From Candidatus Saccharimonadota bacterium (GTDB lineage Bacteria > Patescibacteriota > Gracilibacteria > UBA1369 > 2-02-FULL-48-14): a DNA stretch of 32,000 bases. Position 1 is the first letter of the stretch, and each line of letters starts with the position of its first letter. The translations under genes were made by a program, and so were the position numbers. The notes beneath the pieces were generated by a model that saw only the letters and a list, made by a program, of their open reading frames with translations, did no database searches and was not told the DNA's origin. The stretch spans positions 360,001-392,000 of the forward strand of contig CP064962.1 in NCBI GenBank assembly GCA_016699145.1. Direction: 5' to 3'. Shown piece after piece: positions 15,460 to 22,113 of this stretch.

Positions 15460-15947
15460 TCAAAATGATTATCGAATTTTTCCGAGTTCGTAACCTAGCT
15501 GGGCTCACCTCAAACATGCAAATCGGGCTGTTAGTCCTCGCCTACCTCGTGACCACGGTTTGGGTTTACATGCACTGGAAAGCCACAGGTGAGTTCTTTG
15601 GCAGCAGTGGAAGCTTTCAAAGTATTTTTGCACCCTTCTACGAAGAAATGATTTTCCGTGGTTTAATCCTGGGTGGACTCGCTTCCCTATACAGCAAAAG
15701 AACCGCCATTTGCTTGAGCAGTTTTCTATTCGGAATTTGGCACCTCAAAAACTTCCCTATCCATTCGAGTGAAGCCCTTATCTACCAGGTGCTCTACACT
15801 GGATTGATCTTGGGACCTTTGCTGGCTTGGCTAGCTCTGCGTGTGAAAAGCATATGGCCTGGGGTACTCATCCATGCGACCAACAATCTGCTTTCCCCCT
15901 TGAGCTGGTGGATCATAGGGTTGTTGGGCTATCAAAGTCTTTTCTAA
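15456..15947 (+). CDS. CPBP-family intramembrane glutamic endopeptidase (CAAX protease/Abi-like)
   Basis: FYEEMIFRGLIL (EExxxR), FGIWH and HATNN motifs on a polytopic membrane background. The TTG at 15456 overlaps the upstream stop. ATG 15465 is an alternative start. Confidence 0.75.
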   Translation: MIKMIIEFFRVRNLAGLTSNMQIGLLVLAYLVTTVWVYMHWKATGEFFGSSGSFQSIFAPFYEEMIFRGLILGGLASLYSKRTAICLSSFLFGIWHLKNFPIHSSEALIYQVLYTGLILGPLLAWLALRVKSIWPGVLIHATNNLLSPLSWWIIGLLGYQSLF

Positions 15948-15956
15948 TCCAATACG

Positions 15957-17095
15957 TAGTTTCACGAATTTCAAGTACAGCTCAGGGGAAAAGGAAGAGG
16001 GAGTAGAGTAGAGATACTTTACTTCTTCACCCCAACTCCCTCATGGAACAATATAACATGACGAAAGGCATTCGTGGACTGAGAAGATTACTTCGGCAGT
16101 TTAACGAAGCTACTTTAAAGCCCTGGCAGAGAGACGTACTTAGAGAAAGAATCCTTATTTTGGATTGGTACGACCATAATGGAAAGAATAAAGCCAAGAC
16201 TGCCAGGGCTTTTGAAACTTCTAGAAGCCACGTACAAAAGCTGGTGAAGGCCAGAAAGGAAGAAGGACTGGGTGGTCTTATTCCGAAAATAACAGGACCC
16301 AATAACAAACGTGGATTTAATCTCACCAGTGAAGAGAAACAAGAGATTGAACGCTATGCAAGGATGTTTCCAGATTGGAGCCACAAGAAGCTTCACATGT
16401 TTCTTCACCAGCACAGCATTTCCACCTTGTACCGCTATTTGGCAGCAAAAGGATTACTGGTTCGTAATCGCTGCCCCGGGTTTCACAAGAAACCAAAACC
16501 TAGGTCTGCTTGGAAAGTCCAAAGAAAGAAACTCCCCAAGGACTACCAAATCTTAAAACCTGGAGACTTGGTAGTCCTAGATTCCATCGTTGAGTTTGTG
16601 GACAGCGCCTTCAACAAACTGTACTTCATTACCTGTGTGGATGTGGCCACCAGGATAGGTTTTGCACTCGTAACCAAGCACCACAGTTCCAAGGCGGCCA
16701 AAGCTTTGCTGGAAAAGATGGAAGAAGTGCTCCAGACCAAGATTAAAGCTGTTTTAACAGACAACGGCAGTGAGTTCCTGGCGTACTTCCATAAAGCCTG
16801 CCAGCAGCAAGGGATTGAGCACTTCTTCACTCGCCCCAGAACACCAAAAGATAATGCGATTTGTGAGCGATTCAACCTTACTTTGCAACAACACCTCTAC
16901 TGGAGAGTGGACTTAACCAGTCCCATTTACAAGATTAATGAGGTGCTCGCGGATTGGCTCGTGGAGTATAATTGCCTTCGTCCACATGAATCTCTCAATA
17001 TGAGACCTCCAGTTGCTCACTACTTTCATCTATTCTACTCCCCTCGCCCCATCCCCGAGGTGTACTTGAAACTATGGAACCGGACATCCAATTGA
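15957..17095 (+). mobile_element. IS481-like insertion sequence (single DDE/rve transposase) with long imperfect terminal inverted repeats
   Basis: The left end TAGTTTCAcgaatttCAAGTACAgCTCaGGGGAaaaGGaaGAGGGAGTAGAgTAGA (15957-16012) pairs with the reverse complement of 17025-17074 (TAGTTTCAAGTACAcCTCGGGGAtggGGcGAGGGGAGTAGAaTAGA). The transposase ORF reads through the right repeat and stops 21 nt beyond it. The exact termini are uncertain. Confidence 0.6.
16043..17095 (+). CDS. DDE transposase, integrase-core (rve) domain, IS481-family-like
   Basis: 350 aa. N-terminal HTH-like region. Catalytic residues in VVLDSIV, VLTDNGSEF and NAICERFN, with C-terminal YNCLRPHESL. Confidence 0.8.
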   Translation: MEQYNMTKGIRGLRRLLRQFNEATLKPWQRDVLRERILILDWYDHNGKNKAKTARAFETSRSHVQKLVKARKEEGLGGLIPKITGPNNKRGFNLTSEEKQEIERYARMFPDWSHKKLHMFLHQHSISTLYRYLAAKGLLVRNRCPGFHKKPKPRSAWKVQRKKLPKDYQILKPGDLVVLDSIVEFVDSAFNKLYFITCVDVATRIGFALVTKHHSSKAAKALLEKMEEVLQTKIKAVLTDNGSEFLAYFHKACQQQGIEHFFTRPRTPKDNAICERFNLTLQQHLYWRVDLTSPIYKINEVLADWLVEYNCLRPHESLNMRPPVAHYFHLFYSPRPIPEVYLKLWNRTSN

Positions 17096-17107
17096 CGTAT
17101 GCAGCCT

Positions 17108-17133
17108 GGTTACGATATAATACATTCGTAACC
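17108..17133 (+). promoter_or_regulatory. -10 box nested in a perfect 8-bp inverted repeat, candidate TA promoter/operator
   Basis: GGTTACGA-TATAATACAT-TCGTAACC, ending 12 nt upstream of ATG 17146. Confidence 0.45.
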
Positions 17134-17145
17134 AATCTAGATCTT

Positions 17146-17361
17146 ATGATTAGCGCTCGATCAACCATTTCATTTACGGACAACAATTGGACGAAGCTGA
17201 AAAAGGAGGAAAATAAAAGTAAGCTGGTTAATAAAGCTTTAGAGTTTTATTTTGGATCTAAAAAACTGCTCAAACAAAAGGAAGAGGAATTCATTCTGAA
17301 CGAACTCGCCCACTTTGAAAGCACAGGTGAGGTCTACTCATTTGAAGAAACCTTCAATTAA
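17146..17361 (+). CDS. putative antitoxin of the RelE/ParE module
   Basis: 71-aa ORF (track ORF 17074..17361 trimmed to ATG 17146) immediately upstream of a RelE/ParE toxin. No family motif recognised. Confidence 0.5.
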   Translation: MISARSTISFTDNNWTKLKKEENKSKLVNKALEFYFGSKKLLKQKEEEFILNELAHFESTGEVYSFEETFN

Positions 17362-17386
17362 CACTCAATCAAGCCGAGCTTTAAAA

Positions 17387-17650
17387 ATGCAAATTGTTTT
17401 CCTCAGACAAGCACATCGGTTTATTAAAAAAGCTGATAAACCCCTAAAAGAAAAAATCCGCGAAGAAATCTTGAAAATAGGCGAGAATCCTAAGCTCGGA
17501 GAGCCTCTTACAGGGAAGCTCAAAAAACTAAGATCGCATCATTTCGGATTCATACGAACTCAATATAGAATTGCCTATGAAATAAAGAACAATCTGATTA
17601 TTATAGCGATTGGAACTCGTGAAAATTTTTACAGAGATTTGATAGATTAA
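17387..17650 (+). CDS. RelE/ParE (StbE-like) type II toxin
   Basis: MQIVFLRQAHRFIKKADKPLKEKIREEILKIGENPKLGEPLTGKLKKLRSHHFGFIRTQYRIAYEIKNNLIIIAIGTRENFY is the typical RelE/ParE pattern. Track ORF trimmed to ATG 17387. Confidence 0.7.
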   Translation: MQIVFLRQAHRFIKKADKPLKEKIREEILKIGENPKLGEPLTGKLKKLRSHHFGFIRTQYRIAYEIKNNLIIIAIGTRENFYRDLID

Positions 17651-18511
17651 TTTGAAGAAATTCGCATCAAAGGCTTAAGAACCGGCAGAATCAAAAGGAT
17701 CAAATTGACCAAAATCAGAGGCTGAACCCAGTGATAAACATAATTTGAAGCCAGCAGTAAAACCAAGAGAAGGGTTTCTCCAATCAAAAGTTTTGTGCTG
17801 GGATGCTCCGAAAAAAAGTTGTCGCATAAAATCTTAGTCAAACACTTAAGCTCTCGCTTCTTTTCAGAAGCAGACTGCCCTTTTTTTGGAATCGGAATTA
17901 AAGACAAAAGAAAGTAGCTGTGAGGAATAAGATAACCATAAAGAGTGCCCGCCACCAAAGCATTCAAAAGATCCAAGTATCCTTCATTTTGTGGATGAAG
18001 ACTAAAGACAGAAAATCCATCCCAATTCATATGAATCCAACCAAAAACAACCAGACTGAGCAGCATCGTACTATGGTATAAAACCTCCATCCAAATAGGA
18101 CACTTCTTCACCAAAAAAAAGCGGCAAAAGAAAAATGAAAAGAAGGCCCACTGCAAAAGGAACTTCACTGACGTCCATATGACTCAAGTACCAATAACAA
18201 AGAACCACAAAACAAGTGACCACTCCTTGGCGCGTGACTGGCTGAATGAGTTTTTCCTTAAAAAAACTGTACATCAAAATACCAAGCAAGGTGAAAAAAA
18301 TCATGCCAAACGAATTGAGGTCCCACAGCCACTCCCCTTCTTTAAGATAAATACCAAGAGAGGTCAAAAGGTAAGCCATTACACCAATAAGAATGGTCAC
18401 AATCAAATCATAGTTTTTATAACTCGGCCGCCAATTGAGAAAGCGTAAGACTTGGAGGAAGAAACCCGTTCCAAAGCTAAGCACGAGTTGTGTTTCAGTC
18501 ACCATGGTCAA
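17647..18511 (-). pseudogene. polytopic membrane protein split at an A8/T8 homopolymer
   Basis: ORFs 18071..18511 and 17647..18168 overlap in different frames. Removing one T from the T8 run (plus strand A8 at 18113-18120) fuses them: ...LLPLFLVKKCPIWMEVLYHSTMLL... gives a protein of about 288 aa. Confidence 0.5.
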
Positions 18512-18641
18512 AAGTATAAATCAAATTCCTTAGCTCAGCCAGACCACAGACTCAATCTTTCCCTAGATCTCCTTTTAGACTAGGAGCTGTTAACATAAAT
18601 ATAGGAGTGGTGTAGAGTGAAGTTACTCTAACCCTAACGCC

Positions 18642-18995
18642 ATGTACCAGATGCTAACGGATGAACAGTTCAAACTGATCCAGCCTTATTTTCCAAAGCC
18701 CAGAAAGCCTGAAAAGATTCCACTGAAACGTTGCATGGATGCCATTTGTTATGTACTTAAAACAGGGTGCGCATGGAGACAAATGCCCTACGATTACAGA
18801 GAAAAAGAGAATGACTGGCACACGATTTATACAAGATACAAACGGTGGAGCGAATCTGGACTTTTTGGACAAATGCTTAGAGCACTTGAAGTAGCAGATG
18901 TACTTCAAGTGCGAATAGCTTTCCTGGACAGTACAACAAATAGAGCGCACCACAGTGCAGCGGGAGCCATGAAAAAAAGGGGCCACAAGCGTTAG
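18642..18995 (+). CDS. IS5-family transposase OrfA (copy A), ending just after an A7G slippery run
   Basis: MYQMLTDEQFKLIQPYFPKPRKPEKIPLKRCMDAICYVLKTGCAWRQMP... is the typical IS427/IS1031-type N-terminus. A -1 slip on AAAAAAAG (18972-18979) reads ...KKKGPQALGRSRGGYTTKIHMIAGD into OrfB. Confidence 0.8.
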   Translation: MYQMLTDEQFKLIQPYFPKPRKPEKIPLKRCMDAICYVLKTGCAWRQMPYDYREKENDWHTIYTRYKRWSESGLFGQMLRALEVADVLQVRIAFLDSTTNRAHHSAAGAMKKRGHKR

Positions 18996-19030
18996 GCCGA
19001 AGTAGAGGTGGGTACACTACAAAAATTCAC

Positions 19031-19351
19031 ATGATTGCTGGAGATCCAGATCATGGGATGCACTTTGTTTTAACAGGTGGTGAAGTGAGCGATGTGAAAG
19101 TTGGAAAACAAATTTTGAGAGATTATTCGTTTCCAAAAACAGTAGATCATTTGGCTATGGACAAAGGTTATTCATGCTACAAAGTTCTGGAGCTGTGCAA
19201 AGAAAAAGGCATAACTCCAGTCGTTCCTCCAAAGGCAAAAATGAAATTTCCGTGGGAATACAACAAGAACATTTATGCCTACCGCAACGAGATTGAACGC
19301 CTATTTCACCGAATGAAAAATCACAGAAGAATTTCAACTCGCTATGACAAA
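19031..19351 (+). pseudogene. IS5-family transposase OrfB (DDE), copy A, C-terminally truncated
   Basis: Identical to copy B OrfB up to ISTRYDK. The track ORF then reads into the IS200-like hairpin (MNLPELTLGVSA). Confidence 0.8.
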
Positions 19352-19897
19352 ATGAACCTCCCCGAGCTTACGCTCGGGGTTTCAGCCTAGTTCAAGCTGC
19401 GCTTGGCCCGCATCTTCTTCGCCCTGTTGTTGGATATACTTTCGAATGACCTCCTCGTTAATCCCAACTGTGGAGGCAAAGTAACCTGCCGACCAAATAC
19501 TTCTCGTCCCCCAGTACACTTTTCTAAGAAACGGAAACTTTATGTTCAACTCACGAGCTGTGTTGGCTTTTATTATTCTCACCACCTCTCCCACTGCTAT
19601 TTGTGGAGGTATGGAAATTAAAATATGTACATGGTCTAAATCCGTGTTTACCTCTTTCACCACCAGTTCCGGATAGTACTTCGGAATATCCTTCATCACT
19701 TCCTGCAGAAAAGCCAACACACCTTCGTTGAATATCTTCCGACGGTATTTGGTCGGCCAAACTAAGTGATAGTCACAGATGAAAACTGCGTGTGAGCTTT
19801 TTCGTAGCTTCTTCATGCCTCCACTTTACACCACCACGAAGATGCGGGCACCCACTACATCCCTCGGGCTTACGCCCGGGGAACTACGTCAGTTGAT
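19352..19897 (-). mobile_element. IS200/IS605-family element, tnpA-only, copy 2 (intact tnpA)
   Basis: Same 546-bp unit as 836..1381, with the same two TTAC-loop hairpins (19360-19379 and 19861-19881). Its left junction lies inside IS5-like copy A. Confidence 0.85.
19382..19816 (-). CDS. tnpA: IS200/IS605 Y1 (HUH) transposase TnpA
   Basis: 144 aa. DYHLVWPTKYRR, the HUH motif HVHILI, and catalytic Tyr context SAGYFASTVG. Confidence 0.9.
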   Translation of the reverse strand: MKKLRKSSHAVFICDYHLVWPTKYRRKIFNEGVLAFLQEVMKDIPKYYPELVVKEVNTDLDHVHILISIPPQIAVGEVVRIIKANTARELNIKFPFLRKVYWGTRSIWSAGYFASTVGINEEVIRKYIQQQGEEDAGQAQLELG

Positions 19898-19899
19898 CA

Positions 19900-20032
19900 G
19901 ATTTCAATCACTATCCCCCTTCTTGGTTTGCAAAAAGAGGCCTTTTGGATGAAGTTATGCTCCAACGTCTAAAGGCGGGGAGCAAATTATTATCTATAGG
20001 AGCAGGCCCCGCCCTTTCAGAAAGATTTTTAG
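19900..20032 (+). pseudogene. class I SAM-dependent methyltransferase, 5' fragment (upstream of the IS insertion)
   Basis: Own translation: DFNHYPPSWFAKRGLLDEVMLQRLKAGSKLLSIGAGPALSERFL. Motif I is LLSIGAGP. The frame is open right up to the IS200-like junction at 19898. Confidence 0.65.
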
Positions 20033-20090
20033 GAGCTGTTAACATAAATAGAGGAGTGGTGTAGAGTGAAGTTACTCTAACCCTAACGCC

Positions 20091-20453
20091 ATGTACCAGA
20101 TGCTAACGGATGAACAGTTCAAACTGATCCAGCCTTATTTTCCAAAGCCCAGAAAGCCTGAAAAGATTCCACTGAAACGTTGCATGGATGCCATTTGTTA
20201 TGTACTTAAAACAGGGTGCGCATGGAGACAAATGCCCTACGATTACAGAGAAAAAGAGAATGACTGGCACACGATTTATACAAGATACAAACGGTGGAGC
20301 GAATCTGGACTTTTTGGACAAATGCTTAGAGCACTTGAAGTAGCAGATGTACTTCAAGTGCGAATAGCTTTCCTGGACAGTACAACAAATAGAGCGCACC
20401 ACAGTGCAGCGGGAGCCATGAAAAAAGGGGCCACAAGCGTTAGGCCGAAGTAG
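20091..20453 (+). CDS. IS5-family transposase OrfA (copy B)
   Basis: Same protein as copy A up to GAMKK. The A-run here is A6 (20421-20426) rather than A7, so the tail differs (GATSVRPK). Confidence 0.8.
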   Translation: MYQMLTDEQFKLIQPYFPKPRKPEKIPLKRCMDAICYVLKTGCAWRQMPYDYREKENDWHTIYTRYKRWSESGLFGQMLRALEVADVLQVRIAFLDSTTNRAHHSAAGAMKKGATSVRPK

Positions 20454-20478
20454 AGGTGGGTACACTACAAAAATTCAC

Positions 20479-20868
20479 ATGATTGCTGGAGATCCAGATC
20501 ATGGGATGCACTTTGTTTTAACAGATGGTGAAGTGAGCGATGTGAAAGTTGGAAAACAAATTTTGAGAGATTATTCGTTTCCAAAAACAGTAGATCATTT
20601 GGCTATGGACAAAGGTTATTCATGCTACAAAGTTCTGGAGCTGTGCAAAGAAAAAGGCATAACTCCAGTCGTTCCTCCAAAGGCAAAAATGAAATTTCCG
20701 TGGGAATACAACAAGAACATTTATGCCTACCGCAACGAGATTGAACGCCTATTTCACCGAATGAAAAATCACAGAAGAATTTCAACTCGCTATGACAAAT
20801 TAGACCTGATGTATGCCTCCTTTATCTCCCTCTGCCTTGTGGCACTTTTACTCAAAGTCTTATGTTAA
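20479..20868 (+). CDS. IS5-family transposase OrfB (DDE domain), copy B
   Basis: MIAGDPDHGMHFVLTDGEVSDV...LAMDKGYS...YRNEIERLFHRMKNHRRISTRYDKL is the typical IS5-family DDE C-terminal region. The frame is open from 20422. It lies at +1, not -1, relative to OrfA in this copy. Confidence 0.8.
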   Translation: MIAGDPDHGMHFVLTDGEVSDVKVGKQILRDYSFPKTVDHLAMDKGYSCYKVLELCKEKGITPVVPPKAKMKFPWEYNKNIYAYRNEIERLFHRMKNHRRISTRYDKLDLMYASFISLCLVALLLKVLC

Positions 20869-20874
20869 CAGCTC

Positions 20875-21387
20875 TTAGTTGCATTGGGCGTAGCTCCAGA
20901 AAACATCGTACTTGCAGATCTCGAAGAGCACATAATGCCAAACGGTTTTGCTCGACACATTTTCGATGCCAGTTCTTGTGATTGGCCAGATTTTGGAACT
21001 CGTTTTGACTTCGTCATATATCCGGAATCTTTTTCTATCATTAACAGCCACTACGAAGATTTTGAAAATGGAATGAATCCTAAAGTAACAGGGATTAATT
21101 ATGGTTACACTGAAGAAGATTATTTCCGAATCTTTGAGGGAGCGGAGTTTTGCAATGAAGTATTTAAGATTGTGTCACCTGCACTATCTGGTACTTGGCA
21201 TCTTATACAAAACGGCTTAGAACAATTGAAACCTGGCGGAGAACTTCGCGCTTCACTAGTCGGACCCCATGCAATAAAAGAACAAGAACCCTATCGACAA
21301 CTCGAATACCTTCGTGAGCATCTCCACAGGCAGTTTGGTGCAACAATCAAAAATGGAGAGATCTTGAAAGTTATGCTCCCTAAATAA
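20875..21387 (+). pseudogene. class I SAM-dependent methyltransferase, 3' fragment (downstream of the IS insertion)
   Basis: Track ORF 20884..21387 (GVAPENIVLADLEE...FDFVIYPESF...LKPGGEL). Deleting 20033-20878 joins it in frame to 19900-20032, giving ...SERFL-VALGVAPENIV... Confidence 0.7.
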
Positions 21388-21451
21388 ACAAGTTCTAGTG
21401 GGGCCACTAAGGTAGGATGTGGCAAGGGCTTTTTTATGGTAAGCTCTGATT

Positions 21452-21952
21452 ATGAAAAAGGATAACTACGCATTCATCGACAGCCAAAATCTGAATTTGA
21501 GCATTAAAGAACTTGGATGGAAGTTGGATTTCAGAAAATTTAGGCAATACCTCAAAGAGAAATATAAAGTCTCAAAAGCCTTCCTGTTTCTGGGGTTCAT
21601 CGCTGAAAACAGCGATCTTTATAAATCCCTCCAAGACGCAGGTTTTATCCTCATTTTCAAACCCACGCTCACCTATAAAGACGGCCATACAAAGGGAAAC
21701 TGCGACGCAGAATTGGTTTTACAAACCATGATCGAATTCAAGAACTATCAAAAAGCTCTGCTCGTCACAGGTGACGGAGATTTCCACTGTCTTGCAAAAT
21801 ATTTGATCCAAGAAAATAAACTTGAAAAACTCTTGATCCCAAACCAAAAGAAGTATTCCGCACTTCTAAAAAAGTTTCCTTCCGAGTTTTTGGCTTTCAT
21901 TAATGACCTGAAGCCCAAACTGCATTACACAAAAAAGAAGAGAACCCAGTAA
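21452..21952 (+). CDS. NYN-domain (LabA/PIN-like) protein
   Basis: YAFIDSQNL, KGNCDAELVLQTM and LVTGDGDFHCL are the acidic-residue motifs of NYN/LabA-type nucleases. Confidence 0.7.
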   Translation: MKKDNYAFIDSQNLNLSIKELGWKLDFRKFRQYLKEKYKVSKAFLFLGFIAENSDLYKSLQDAGFILIFKPTLTYKDGHTKGNCDAELVLQTMIEFKNYQKALLVTGDGDFHCLAKYLIQENKLEKLLIPNQKKYSALLKKFPSEFLAFINDLKPKLHYTKKKRTQ

Positions 21953-22113
21953 GGACGGACCCTTAAAAGGCGCTCTTCGTGGTGATTACAAGACCATTAT
22001 AGTAGGGTCTGCTCTTTCAAGCAAGGCAGTTATAGTTACCTGCTAACGTCAAAGCAACCCTATTCAGATGGCCTGGTCTTTTAATTTAAAGATAAAATAG
22101 CTAAGGTAAACCC

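Larger units (their letters stand above)
18584..19351 (+). mobile_element. IS5-family (IS427-group-like) element, copy A, 3'-truncated
   Basis: The left IR GAGCTGTTAACATAA is preceded by CTAG. The sequence tracks copy B (20033..) up to gacaaa at 19351, then switches to the IS200-like element. The last roughly 75 bp and the right IR are missing. Confidence 0.85.
20033..20874 (+). mobile_element. IS5-family (IS427-group-like) element, copy B, full length (842 bp) with TTAG target duplication
   Basis: IRL GAGCTGTTAACATAA (20033-) and IRR TTATGTTAACAGCTC (-20874). TTAG flanks both ends at 20029-20032 and 20875-20878. Confidence 0.9.

Noticed and set aside
19975-19990. CGGGGAGCAAATT as a fifth copy of the tRNA-Asn 3'-end remnant
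   Set aside because: It matches only GGGGAGC. It lies inside the methyltransferase coding frame (KAGSKLL) and lacks the CCA-TTT part and any T-arm similarity.
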